Source: the human T2T-CHM13v2.0 reference genome, Homo sapiens. Taken from it: 64,000 nt of DNA. Each line of letters opens with the position of its first letter. Position 1 is the stretch's first letter. Below, one piece after another: positions 1-12,699 of this stretch. The notes under the pieces are model-generated. The model saw only the letters and a program-made list of their open reading frames with translations, was not told the origin of the DNA and did not search any database. Made by a program: the position numbers and the translations under genes. The stretch lies in assembly GCF_009914755.1 (NCBI RefSeq), contig NC_060925.1. One strand, written 5' to 3'.

Positions 1-1959
1 GGGCCACTCTCAGAGCTTCCTCTGACTGTCTCTTGGTGTCATCTGAGGGCCAAACCCCTCATTCTTTGGAGGAGAGCCAGCTAGCTTCACCATTCTGGTT
101 TGTGCCTTGCTGCCACACCTGATTGTCCACAGCCCTGCTGCCCACAGCTTTGCCTTCAGGGCAGGACCCCAGAGGAGGAGCATAAGTTGTGGCCCTAGAA
201 CAGAAAGCAGGAAGCCTTGGGCACTGAGGCCCAAGAGAGGCAGAGAGAGAGCTGGCAGGGGAGGGGAGGGTAAGAAGTCTTCCGAGGGAAAGCTGGGGAG
301 GAGCCTTCCCCATCTTTCCCTGACTTTCTGTCTCTGACAATGTTATTGCCACTGCCTGGACCCCTGGGAGCAGGTAGGGGAAGGGAGGGGCTGCATGGCT
401 AGTGCCAGAGAACTGTACTCTCCTTAGAGAATTCCAGGCTCATTGGCCTGGGGTGCAGAGGAAGGAATGGCCGCTAGAGTCAAGAGGTCTGGGTTCTAGC
501 ACTGACTAGCTGCACACTGCAGCCTTTTGCGATGCTGGGCAGACACCCTCCCCTCTCAGGGCCGCTATACCCCAGTGAACCGTAAGGAGGGATGCGCTCT
601 CAGGTTCCTCCTAGTTTGGGAACTGCAGGTGGATTAGGCACACTTCAGGGTTCCAGGGCAGGTGTGTCTCCTTAGCTTCCCCATCTGCAAAATGGGGCTG
701 ATGATTTTTTACTGTTGGCGACATCCCAGGGACACTGTGAGGGAAACTGGGCGAAAGTCCAGGTGTACGGATGAGCTTATTTGGGAACTGGTGGCTTTGG
801 AACTCATAACGAATGCAACCCATCAGGGTGCCCAAGACCTTGCAAAGGATCCCCTCCTACCCCCAGCTTCTTTCTTCCTCCTTACTACCCAGCACCCCCT
901 GTACTCCCCCAGCACTGGAGAGCTGAGAATGCAGCCCAGGGCTCTGAGCTCGAGGCCTTGGAATTCCTCTATTCCCCTACTGCCTTCTTCAAGGGAACTA
1001 TTAATTGTAATTTAAGCCTCCCAAGTTAAAAGCAGCGTGCAGATTTAAGGATTCTTTCATCCCAATTACACATCGTTTCTGGCTGCACTTTAGTGCCAGG
1101 CTTTTATCTGTTGTTCTGGGGAATCACTTATTGGCCAGAGCAGCGGGCTCCACGCAGATTGCTCCCTGATTATGTTTAATGGCAAATGGAGAGTTAACTC
1201 TCCTCCCTCCCCGGAGCTGTGTCGGCACTTTTCCCAGCCCAGCCGAGAGCAGCCCAGGGGAACAGGAGGGCATGGAATGGGGGAGCTGCAGGGACCTCCA
1301 TGTCCTGGGACTGTTTGTGCAGGGCTCCGAGGGGACCCATGTGGCTCAGGGTGGCTAAGGGGGCAATGCTGCCCCCACCCGCTGGATGACCCAAGTGCTG
1401 TGTTTCAAATGCTGATAGCAGCCCTTTGTTTATTCTACACATTCCACTACCATGGGAGGCTACTGTGCATTCATGCCTTGGGCTGGCCTGTTTCCTCACC
1501 CACACTGGAGTGTGCCCGGCAGTTAGGGCCACTGCATCAGTCTTATACACACTTGCACACTCCGGGTGAGCCCAGCTCCTGAACCTGCACTGCCACACGC
1601 ACACTCACACACACTCACACTCACAATCAACATCTCCATGTGCACGATCACACTCGACTTGCATAGACTCCCTACTCTCACCTGCGAGCACGCTCTCAGC
1701 TCAGTCCCAAACATGCACAGGGCTGGACCCTTCTCCACCATCAAATGGAGACTTTTCTGTCTGTCTTTTTGTCTTTTGCTCACAGAATTAGGCTGCCAGA
1801 GGAGCTTGGAGTGGATCTTGGAATGTCAGGTGATGAGATCATAGACTCAGACCCCTGTGCCATTGAGCCCCCAGGGTCACTCACTTCCACTGGGTTCCTG
1901 AGCCCCAGTAGGATTGTACCTTGACACAGAGTTTGGGCTGGCTCAGTCCTTTGGATGCT

Positions 1960-2660
1960 ACTCTGTAAATCTCAAACTCGACGCTCCAAAGCAGAGCTCC
2001 TGGTCTCCCCCAAACCTGCTTCTCCTGCAGTCCTCCCCCGTCTCAGCTCTTGGCAAGTCCTTGCTTCCATTGCTCAGGACAAAAAAACCCTGGAGTCATT
2101 CTTGACTCCTCTCTTTTTCTCACTTCCTACTTCTAGTCCATCAGCAGATCATGCTGGCTGTATTTTAAATACATATTCTTAATCTGATCACTTCTCACCA
2201 CCCCCACTGCCACCACCTCGACCAACCCCACGAAGACCTGGTTTACTGTAGCAACCTCCAGACAGGCTTTCCTGCTCCTGCTCCTCCCCTCCATGCGGCA
2301 GCCAGACCCTGTCCTTCTCTGCTCCTCTTGAAGAAATACTTGAGGACCTTACAGGGGCTTGTGAGTCCTTATGTGATCTGCTCCTTTAACCCCACCCACT
2401 CCTGACTTCTCCTCCCCTATTTTCTCTCCTGCACTCCTCTCCAGCCACAATGACCTCCTTGCTGCACCCGTGCCTTAGAGTGCCTTAGAGTCTTTGCTGT
2501 TTCTCTGCCTAGAATGCTTTTCTACCCGATCTTTGCTTGAATAACCCTCTTCCTCCTCCTTCAAGCCTGCTCCAATGTCACTTCTTAGTGAGATCACCTT
2601 AAATATCCTATTGATCCTGCAACCTGCTGCCCCTTCAGCCCTGCTCTCCCAATCCAACTT
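1960..2660 (+). mobile_element. L2 LINE fragment (3' region)
   Basis: Pyrimidine-rich L2-like text (ctggagtcattcttgactcctctctttttctcac; ttctctgcctagaatgcttt). It resumes after LTR16 and Alu insertions and ends in the L2 tail atatttgctgaatgaatgaatgaa at about 3500-3643. Boundaries approximate. Confidence 0.65.
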
Positions 2661-2716
2661 ACTCTGCTTTTATTCTTTTTTTTCCTTTTTCTCTTTTTCA
2701 GCAGAACATATACCTT

Positions 2717-3140
2717 CTATCACAAGTTGGGTGCACTGGGAAACAGACTCCGACAGAGACTTCGGCTTGCAGGAGGTTTACAGGGGAAGGCTCTCACAGT
2801 GGAGGAAGCAGAACCAGGCAGAGGGAACAGTTGAATTGTGATGTAGTCACAACAAAGGCCTCAGCTGACCCCATGGGGAGCTGTGAGCTGGGGGGACTTT
2901 CAGAGTCGCTCTGCATTAAGGTGAGGGGGCTGGGGAACTTACAGCTTCATCTACCTACTATTGGGTGTGGGCTGCCCCCAGGGAAGGGGAGTGACCTTGG
3001 GTAAAGCAGCTGTCTTCTTTGAGCACAATTCTGGGGAGGGACTCAGCTGAATGGCTTTGGCCACCAGTGCTCAAAGCAGCTGGGGGTGAGTGCATCCGCT
3101 CAGAAGTGGAGAACTGGGTGCCACACCACAGCGTCCACTT
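2717..3140 (-). mobile_element. LTR16-family (ERVL) solo LTR
   Basis: gggaaacagactccgacagagact...gggctgcccccagggaaggggagtgaccttgg...gcagctg resembles the reverse complement of the LTR16 consensus (recalled). Confidence 0.6.
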
Positions 3141-3196
3141 TGTCTTTTACTATACATAAATGAGTAAATGTTAATATATAAAATTTATTGTTTGTT

Positions 3197-3732
<536 letters not shown>

Positions 3733-4452
3733 CTATGGGCAAGTTGTCTAACTTTTTGGAGCCTCTGCTTCTTCATCAGTAAAATGGAATAATAGAAGTA
3801 CCCATCTGACAGGGTTTTAGGATGTAGTTAACTAATGTTTGTAAAGCGCTTTGCAGGTGCTTTGGACAAAGCTGATAGTCACTGAATATTAACTTGTTGT
3901 TAATGTTGTTAGTACCTTGGGCTCTCCTTGCTTTGGGTTGCTGCCAGGATTCTTATCAGACTTGAAGACAAAGCCAAAACTCCAGCTGGGAAATCTTGAC
4001 TTTCCAGGTATACAGGAAGAGGTGGTGTACAGAAGTCTGATCTGCAGAGGTCATTATTGGTTAATGAGGATAGAGGTCTGCTTACAAGTCTCTGGCCGGA
4101 ATCCTTGCCTTGGGGCAGCTCAATGTGTACCTGTGTGTGTACATGTGTCTGCACACATGATTGCACAGAGTTAATGCAAGCTACATTCAAAGCTGTGCAT
4201 TCCTAAAGGATAACTGCTCATAGGTATTAGGCCCATATAGGAAGCCAGTCATTAGCAGGGTCAAAAGAGCTATCTTTCCTTCCTATCTTCTGCTCACTCT
4301 TTACCTTCTACGTGGGCTTCTTCCCCATTGCTCCTCTGAATGAACTCACTTCCCAATATGCAGTGACTTCCTTGTGGTCAAGTCCAGTGGTTGCTTACTT
4401 GACCTCAGCAACAATACTGACCACCACTCTCCATCTTTACTTCCCTGATTTG

Positions 4453-4936
4453 GGTATAATGAATACCATGGTATGTCTCCCTGGCTTTCCTGCAAAAGGA
4501 CTCATTGAGGCACTCTGTTCTCCCAGTCAATGAAAGCATCTGTGGCCAACAATATTCTGAGTCTTTTCCCAAGAACTGCCTTTGGCCAAATGGAACTGCC
4601 TCTCCCAAGTGTTACGCCACCTCCCAAGGGTTATTACACCACCTCCCAAAGGGTACTACATCTCCCTGGAGATAGTTCCAATTCAATAATGGATAACTCT
4701 TCCTTCATTTTGGGACGTCTCTAAAGGGTCGTAGTTGCTCTAGCACTTTCCACCAGCCCTTGGTCAGCCCAGATTTACCTCTGTTGCCAATACATCAGAG
4801 TTCAACTTCTCTCTCTGCCTAGCCTGGCTTCCATTCCTCTTTGCTGGTGTTGTGCCCAGGAGCACTCTCCAATAAGTCCTCTGCATGCAAATCTCCATCT
4901 TTGATCTATTTCTAGGGAACTTGACCTACTACTACA
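4453..4936 (+). mobile_element. LTR16-family 5' LTR of an old ERVL (ERV3-16A3-like) provirus
   Basis: LTR16-type 3' end (gagcactctccaataagtcctctgcatgcaaatctccatct...ctagggaacttgacctactactaca), followed directly by the PBS-like tggtgctagaagtgg at 4939-4953. Start approximate. Confidence 0.65.
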
Positions 4937-5600
4937 GTTGGTGCTAGAAGTGGTTCCTAGGAAACAGACTCTAAAATGGGATTTTGGAGCTGGATCATCC
5001 ACCGGCCAGTTGGTAATAAGAACCCCATCACTGGTGGTGGGTGGAGGTACTGATAGCCCCTGACATGCTCTAGCAGTGCAATTGTTAAAACTTTCACTGA
5101 TGGGGAAGTGGGATGGGATACTGGTGAAAGGGAAAGTACTAGTGGGTGTACTTTCTCAGACATTCGAGAGGCTCAGAGGAATGATAATTATGAAGTCTAT
5201 GGAATTAAATGATTGTTGCTGGGGGCAAGCAAGGCATTGGAAAAAGACAATGAAATGCTGAGAGTGATTAATCACCAATTTAAGGTGAAGTGTGAAAGCC
5301 AGAGGGCCTCCTTGCCGTCAGATAAAGAGGCTTTCTCCTGCAGCTGGAAGGCAGAAAAAACTGAGGTTTGGCCCAGGAATGAATTGTTAGGGCAGCAGAT
5401 TTCTAAAGAAAACTGAATTCTCAACATAGCAAGTCAGCCCTGTTTGATTGATCAGGGCTTGACTGGGGGCTCTGACACTTAGGACAGGGGCATCTGGATG
5501 GATTCCCTTGAATGTCTTGAAACTCTAGGTCACCCTGAGCCCTCTGAGGCCACAGAGTGTCTGTCCTTTGCTTTCCTGTGAAAGGCTAGAGCTTCCCCGG
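4937..5600 (+). mobile_element. ERV3-16A3-like internal region (leader and 5' gag), interrupted by HERV-L
   Basis: Leu-type PBS, then decayed gag. ORF 5213-5416 (LEKDNEMLRVINHQFKVKCESQRASL) is similar to HERV-L gag (LMKENDELRNFVSWLQKQILSLKSA). Confidence 0.7.
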
Positions 5601-6055
5601 TGTGATGGTTAATACTGAGTGTCAACTTGATTGGATTGAAGGATACAAAGTATTGATCCTTGGTGTGTCTGTGAGGGTGTTGCCAAAGAATATTAACATT
5701 GGAGTCGGTGGGCTGGGACAGGCAGGCCCACCCTTAATTGGGTGGGCACTGTCTAATCAGCTGTCAGTAAATATAAAGTGGGCAGAAAAATGTGAAAAGG
5801 AGAGACTGGCCTAGCCTCCCAGCCTGTGTCTTTCTCCCGTGGTGGATGCTTCCTGCCCTCGAACATCGGACTCCAAGTTCTTCAGTTTTGGGACTTGGAC
5901 TGGTTCTCCTTGCTCCTCAGCCTGCAGACAGTCTATATTGTGGGACCTTGTGACTGTGTAAGTTAATACTTAATAAATTCATATATAATATATATATATA
6001 TTTATATATATGTATACTATTGGTTCTGTCCCTCTAGAGAACACTGACTAATACA
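5601..6055 (+). mobile_element. MLT2A1 5' LTR
   Basis: Starts tgtgatggttaatactgagtgtcaacttgattggattgaagg and ends ctgactaataca; 455 bp. Contains AATAAA and a (TA)n tract. Confidence 0.93.
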
Positions 6056-6060
6056 GATTT

Positions 6061-6078
6061 TGGTACCAGGAGTGGTTC
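6061..6078 (+). promoter_or_regulatory. Primer binding site complementary to the tRNA-Leu 3' end
   Basis: tggtaccaggagtgg lies just downstream of the 5' LTR and is complementary to tRNA-Leu ...CCACUCCUGGUACCA. Confidence 0.85.
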
Positions 6079-6099
6079 TAGAGGAACAGAATATTAAGG

Positions 6100-7840
6100 A
6101 TGGAGTTTTTTCATTGGTTTTGGGGTTTCTGGAGTTGGCTGCTTAATATGATTTGACCTCAAAATGCTAAGGACTCTAATTCTAACAGTATGGAGAACAC
6201 TGATAGTCCTTGGTGTGAACTATTTAGAGAGTTATGCAAATAAAGCTATTTGACACTCCTGATTTGCTGCTCATGAGAGGCAAGGATTTCCGTGATTCTA
6301 TACGTAATAGCTTTGAGCATATGTGGAGAACCAAAGAACATAATGAAGCTGGCTTGTTGCTTCTAAGTTCAGTGGACAAACTGATGAAAGAAAATGATGA
6401 ACTCAGGAATTTTGTCTCCTGGCTTCAGAAGCAGATACTGAGCCTCAAATCTGCTAAGACTGCCCTGAGTGAGAGTCTTATCTCCTGTAGAGAAAAACCT
6501 GAAATTGTGGAAAAACAGACACAAGCTCTTATCATGTGAGTGGCTGACCTGCAACCAAAGATGGGTGCATAGCCTCTCCAGGTGTCTACTGTTAAAGTGA
6601 GGGCATTGATTGGAAAAGAGTGGGACCCTGAAACTTGGAATGGGGATGTATGGGAGGACCCTGCTGAAGCTGGAGACACTGAGTTTGTAAACTCTGATAA
6701 ACCTTTTTGGAGAGAAGGAACAGCTTTGCCATTCCCAGTAGTGGCAACATCCCCTCCTGGACCCATGCTGCCATCAGCCTTTCCACCTTTGCCTGAGGAG
6801 ATAAACCCTGCACTGCCTGAGACGACAGTGATGGCCTCCTCTGAGGCAGTTGCCAGGCAAAATAATGTTGATTCTCCTCAGGAGCCACCCCCAACACCCC
6901 TGTTTGCTTCTAGACCTATAACTAGAATAAAGTCCCAGCAGGTCCCCGGAGGTGAGGTTGAGAGTATGATCCATGAGGAGGTGAGCTACACTCAAAAAGG
7001 GGAGTTCTCTAATTTATATAAACAACAATCTGGAGAACAGTCATGGGAATGGATATTAAGAGTATGAGATAATGGTGGAAGGAACATAGAGTTGGATCAG
7101 GCTGAATTTATTGATTTGGGCCCACTAAGTAGGGACTTTGCTTTTAATATTGCAGCTTGGGGAGTTAAAAAATGTTCTAATAGTTTATTTGCTTGGTTAG
7201 CTGAAATATGGATTAAAAGATGGCCCACTGTGAGTGAGCTGGAAGTGTCTGATCTCCCTTGGTTTAATGTAGAGGAAGGAATCCAAAGGCTTAGAGAGAT
7301 TGGGATGGTGGAGTGGATTAGTCACTTTAGATCTACTCATCCCAGCTGGGAGGGTCCAGAAGATGTACCCTTAACCAAATAGATTGTGAAATAGATTTGT
7401 GAGGGCAGCACCTGCATCTTTGAAGAGCCCTGTAGTTACTCTTCTCTGTATGTCAGATCTAACAGTGGGAACCACAGTCACTCAACTACAAAATTTAAAT
7501 TCAGTGGGAATAATTGGATCCCGAGGTGGCAGGGGCCAAGTGGCAGCACTCAACCATCAAAGGTAAGGTGAGCACAGCTACCGTAATGGGCAGCAGAGGC
7601 AAAGCAGCAATCAGAATAGTCTGACTTGTGTAGAGCTCTTGCACTGGCTAATTAATCATGGTGTTCCTATAAGTAAAATTGATAGGAAGCCTACTGCATT
7701 CCTACTTAATTTATACAAGCAGAAAACTTTCAGGTTGAATGGGCAAAAGACTAATTTGAATTATAAAAACAGAGAATCACGGCCCCTCAATCAAGTCTGT
7801 AAACTTGAGCCAGTTTACAGACCCAGAACCCCTTGAATGA
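6100..7840 (+). pseudogene. gag: HERV-L gag, broken by stops and frameshifts
   Basis: Fragments 6234-6539, 6582-7067 (VKVRALIGKEWDPETWNGDVWEDP), 7092-7382 and 7639-7836. The natural stop follows FTDPEPLE at 7838-7840. Confidence 0.9.
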
Positions 7841-10800
7841 AGGGGAGGCAGGGTCCTCTTGAGGAAGGACCCCACTACATTACTGATAATTTATGCAGTG
7901 AATCTTTCTTCCATCCTTCCCCAAGGAGACCTCCAGCCTTTTACCAGGGTAACTGTGCACTGGGGAAAGGGAAATGATCAGACATTTCGGTGACTACTGG
8001 ACACTGGCTCTGAGTTGACGTTGATTCCAGGGGACTCAAAACATCACTGTGATCCTCCAGTTAAAGTAGGGGCTTATGGAGGTCAGGTAATTAATGGAGT
8101 TTTAGCTCAGGTCTGACTTACAGTGGGTCCAGTAGATTCCCAGACTCATCCTGTGGTCATTTTCCTAATGCCAGAATGCGTAATTGGCAGAGACATACTT
8201 AGCAGCTGGCAGAACCCCCACACTGGCTTCCTGACTGGTAGGGTGAGGGCTATTATGGTGGGAAAGGCCAAATTGAAGCCATTAGAGCAGCCTCTACCTA
8301 GAAAAATAGCAAATAAAAAACAATATTGCATCCCTAGAGGGATTGCGGAGATTAGTGCCACCATCAAGGACTTGAAAGACACAGGGGTGGGGATTCCCAA
8401 CACATCCCCATTCGGTTTTCCCATTTGGCCTGTGCAGAAGACAGGTGGATCTTGGAGAATGACAGTGGATTAAACTTAACCAAGTGGTGTCTCCAATTGC
8501 AGCTGCTGTACCAGATGTGGTTTCATTACTTGAGCAAATTAACATATCTCCTGGTACCTGGTATGCAGCCATTGACTTGGCAAATGCCTTTCTCCATTCC
8601 TGTCCATAAGGCCCACCAGAAGCAATTTGCCTTCAGCCAGCAAGGCCAGGAATATGCTTTTATTGTCCTACCTCAGGGGTATGTCAACTTTCCCGCTTTG
8701 TGTCATAATCTTATTCGGAGAGACCGTGATTGCTTTTTTGCTTCCGCAAGATATCACACTGGTCCATTACATTGATGATGTTATGCTGATTGGATCCAGT
8801 GAGCAAGAAGTAGCAAACACACTGGACTTACTGGTGAGACATTTGTGTGCCACAGGATGGGAAACAAATCCGACTAAAATTCAGGGATCTTCTACCTCAG
8901 TAAAATTTCTTGGGGTCCAGTAGTGTGGGGCCTGTCGAGATATTCCTTCTAAGGTGAAGGATAAGTTGCTACATTTGGCCCCTCCTACAACCAAGAAAGA
9001 GGGACAATGCCTGGTGGGTCTATTTGGATTTTGGAGGCAACACATTCTTCATTTGGGTATGTTACTCTGGCCCATTTATTGAGTGACCTGAAAGGCTGCC
9101 AGTTTTGAGTGGGATCCAGAACAGGAGAAGGCTCTGCAATAGGTCCAGGCTGCTGTGCAAGCTGCTCTGCCACTTGGGCCATAGGACCCAGCAGATCCAA
9201 TGGTGCTTGAGGTATCAGTGGCAGATAGGGATGCTGTTTGGAGCCTTTGGCAGGCCCCATAGGTGAATCACAGCGGAAGCCTCTAGGATTTTGGAGCAAA
9301 GCCCTACCATCTTCTTCAGATAACTACTCTCCTTTTGAGAAACAGCTCTTAGCCTGTTACTGGGCTTTGGTGGAAATTGAACGTTTGACTATGGGTCATC
9401 AAGTCACCATGGGACCTGAACTGTCTATCATGAACTGGGTGCTTTCTGACCCATCTAGCCATAAAGTGAGTGGTGCACAGCAGCATTGCATCATCAAATG
9501 GAAGTGGTATATATGTGATCGGGCTTGAGCAGTTCCTGAAGGCACAAGTAAGTTACATGAGGAATTGGCTCAAATGCCCATGGTCTCCACTCCTGCCACC
9601 CTGCCTTCTCTCCCCCAGGCTGCACCAGTGGCCTCATGGGGAGTTTCCTATGATTAGTTGACAGAGGAAGAGAAGATTAGGGTTTGGTTCACAGATGGTT
9701 CTGCACAATATGCAGGCACCACCCGAAAGTGGACAGCTGCAGCACTACAGCCCCTTTCTAGGACATCTCTGAAGGACAGTGGTGAAGGGAAATCTTCCCA
9801 GTGAGCAGAACTTCGAGCAGTGCACCTGGTTGTGCACTTTGCATGGAAGGAGAAATGGCCAGATGTGCAATTATATGCTAATTTATGGAGACTCTAGCCA
9901 ATGGTTTGGTTGGATGGTAAGGGACTTGGAAGAAGCATGCTTGGAAAATTGGTGACAAAGAAATTTGGGGACGAGGTATGTGGATGGACCTCTGTGAGTG
10001 GTGAAAAACCATGAAGATATTTGTATCCCATGTGAGTGCTCACCAGTGGGTGACCTCAGTAGAGGAGGATTTTAATAATCAAGTGGATAGGATGACCCAT
10101 TCTGTGGACACCACTCAGCGTCTTTCCCCAGCCACCCCTGTCATCGCCCAATGGGCCCATGAACAAAGTGGTCTTGGTGGCAGGGATGGAGGTTATTCAT
10201 GGGCTCAGCAACAGGGACTTCCACTCACCAAGGCTGACCTGGCTACAGCCATTGCTGAGTGCCCAATTTGCCAGCAACAGAGACCAACACTGAGCCCTCG
10301 ATATGGCACCATTCCTCGGGGTGATCAGCCAGCTACCTGGTGGCAGGTTGACTATATTGGACCTCTTCCATCATGGAAAGGGCAGAGGTTTGTCCTCACC
10401 GGCATAGACACTTACTCAGGATATAGGTTTGCCTGTCCAGCATGCAATGCTTCTGCCAAGACTACCATCCTTGGACTCGTGGAATGCCTTATCCACTGTC
10501 ATGGTATTCCACATAGCATTGCCTCTGACCAAGGCACTCACTTTATGGCTAAAGAAGTGTGGCAGTGGGCTCATGCTTATGGAATTCACTGGACTTACCA
10601 TGTTCCCCAGCATCCTGAAGCAGCTGGATCGATAGAACAGTGGAATGGCCTTTTGAAGTCACAATTACAATGCCAACTAGGTGACAATACTTTGCAGGGC
10701 TGCAGCAAAGTTCTCCAGAAGGCTGTGTGTGCTCTGAATCAGGGTCCAATACATGGTACTGTTTCTCCCATAGCCAGGAGTGTCCAGGAATCAAGGGGTG

Positions 10801-10841
10801 GAAATGGAAGTGGAAGTGGCATGACTCACCATCACTGCTAG
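7841..10841 (+). pseudogene. pol: HERV-L pro-pol (protease, RT, RNase H, integrase), disrupted
   Basis: LLDTGSEL with DTG at 8000-8008; LPQGY; VHYIDD with YIDD at 8768-8779; WFTDGSA at 9685-9705; integrase WQVDYIG...SDQGTHF...IEQWNG. Several in-frame stops and frameshifts. Confidence 0.93.
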
Positions 10842-10860
10842 TGATCCATGAGCAAAATTT

Positions 10861-11172
10861 TTGCTTCCTGTTCCTGTGACATTATGTTCTGCTGGCCTAG
10901 AGATCTTAGTTCCAGAGGGAGGAATGCTGCCACCGGGAGACACAACAATGATCCCATTAAACTGGAAGTTAAGATGGCCACCTGGACACTTTGGGCTCCT
11001 CCTACCTTTAAGTCAACAAGCTAACAAGGGAGTTATAGTGTTAGCTGGGGTGATTTACTGGACTATCAAGATGAAATCAGTCTACTACTCTACAACGGAG
11101 GTAAGGAAGAGTATGCATGGAACACAGGAGACCATTAGGGCGTCTCTTAGTATTACCATGCCCTGTGATTAA
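10861..11172 (+). pseudogene. HERV-L dUTPase remnant
   Basis: SAGLEILVP...IPLNWKLRWPPGHFGLLLP...GVIVLAGVI matches dUTPase motifs. It lies downstream of IN, as is typical of ERV-L, and frameshifts after GVI. Confidence 0.8.
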
Positions 11173-11695
11173 GGTCAATGGAAAACTACAACAGCCCAAT
11201 CCAGGCAGGACTACAAATGGCCCAGACCCATCAGGAATGAAGGTTTGGGTCACTCCACCAGGAAAAAAACCCCACAACCTGCTGAGGTGCTTGCTGAAGG
11301 CAAAGGGAATACAGAATTGGTAGCAGAAGAAGGTAGTCATCAATACCAGCTACAACCACGTGACCAGCTGCAGAAACGAGGACGGTAATTGTCATGAGTA
11401 TTTCCTCCTTCTTTTGTTAAAAACATGTTTGTGCATGTATACACTTGTACTAAGAAAATATCTTCATTTTATTTCCTTTTTCCTTTATCAAGTGACATAA
11501 GATTTATTGACTTCATATCAGCATTCAAGTATTGTTAACTTTATGTAATAGTATTTGGGGATTGGTGTGTTTCTGGTTGTAAGAAGGATAGTTGTATTAT
11601 ATTAGGCATAATTATGACCTTATTATTGTCTTTATTTGAAGATTATGTATGATCTCAGGAGATGTGTATGGGTTCAAGTTGACAAGGGGTAGACT

Positions 11696-12128
11696 TGTGA
11701 TGGTTAATGCTGAGTGCCAACTTGATTGAAGGATAGAAAGTATTGATCCTGGGTGTATCTGTGAGGGTGCTGCCAAAGGAGATTAACTTTTGAGTCAGTG
11801 GGCTGGGAAACATAGACCCTCCCTTAACTGGGTAGGCACCATTTAATCAGCTGCTAGTGATTATAAAGCAGGCAGAAAAATATGAAAAGGAGAGACTGGC
11901 CTAGCCTCCCAGCCTACATCTTTCTCCCATGCTGGATGCTTTCTGCCCTAGAACATTGGACTCCAAGTTCAGTTTGGGACTCGGACTGGTTCTCCTTGCT
12001 CCTCTGCTTGCAGACAGCCTATTGTGGGACCTTGTGGTCATGTAAGTTAATACTTAATAAACTCCCCTTTATATATCTATATCTATATCTATCCTATTAG
12101 TTCTGTCCCTCTAGAAAACCCTAATACA
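11696..12128 (+). mobile_element. MLT2A1 3' LTR
   Basis: Direct repeat of 5601-6055, about 12% diverged by my eye count. Preceded by the PPT-like gacaaggggtagact; ends ctaataca. Confidence 0.93.
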
Positions 12129-12133
12129 CCCAG

Positions 12134-12337
12134 GCCTGAGGATGATGAAAAGGCCTCTACCTTGCAAGATGCCATGTATCATGTACCCTCCCCCAATTCC
12201 CGCCCCAGCTTATGGTCTCCCACCTCCTCTTCCAGCAACCAGACCAATAACTTGGGTTAAGCTGCAACATAACCTGGCTGCTAAGGGAAGAAGTCACTGC
12301 AGGATGCAGCCAGTGAATACCAGCAGGAGCCGGGAGT
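12134..12337 (+). mobile_element. Continuation of the ERV3-16A3-like gag after the HERV-L insertion
   Basis: PPPLPATRPITWVKLQH and LQDAASEYQQEPG parallel HERV-L gag PPPTPLFASRPITRIKSQ and LYKQQSGE. Confidence 0.65.
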
Positions 12338-12699
12338 TTAACTTCATTTCTCTCTTGCATCATTGACAGGCTTGCCACCTCTGGTTTCCACCCTGCTGCT
12401 CTATCTTCCATGTTGCTGTTACAGGGATCTTTTCAAACAGATATCTCGCCACATCTCTGCCCTGCTTAGAACCCTTCAGTGGCTCCCCCTGTGGCCTCAG
12501 GACAAAGCCCCCATTTCTTCACTCAGTGCTGCCTCATCTCTTACCCCCTTTTCTATGTATTCCTCTTTTGGTACTTGCCACGTCTGTTCCTATGTTGGCA
12601 CTTTGCTTTTGCAGCTTCCTTGCCTGGAAACTCTCTCCCCTTCCTCACTTCACTGGGGACTTTCATATCTCAGTTCAAGGGCCACTGGTGCTCCTCCTG

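Larger units (their letters stand above)
5601..12128 (+). mobile_element. HERV-L provirus, full length, defective
   Basis: Two TG...CA LTRs, PBS, gag, PR, RT, RNase H, IN, dUTPase and PPT; no env. 5-bp TSD cccgg (5596-5600) / cccag (12129-12133). Confidence 0.97.

Noticed and set aside
11340-11695. Possible env gene between dUTPase and the 3' LTR
   Set aside because: The stretch is only about 350 bp, AT-rich and has no ORF. ERV-L elements lack env.
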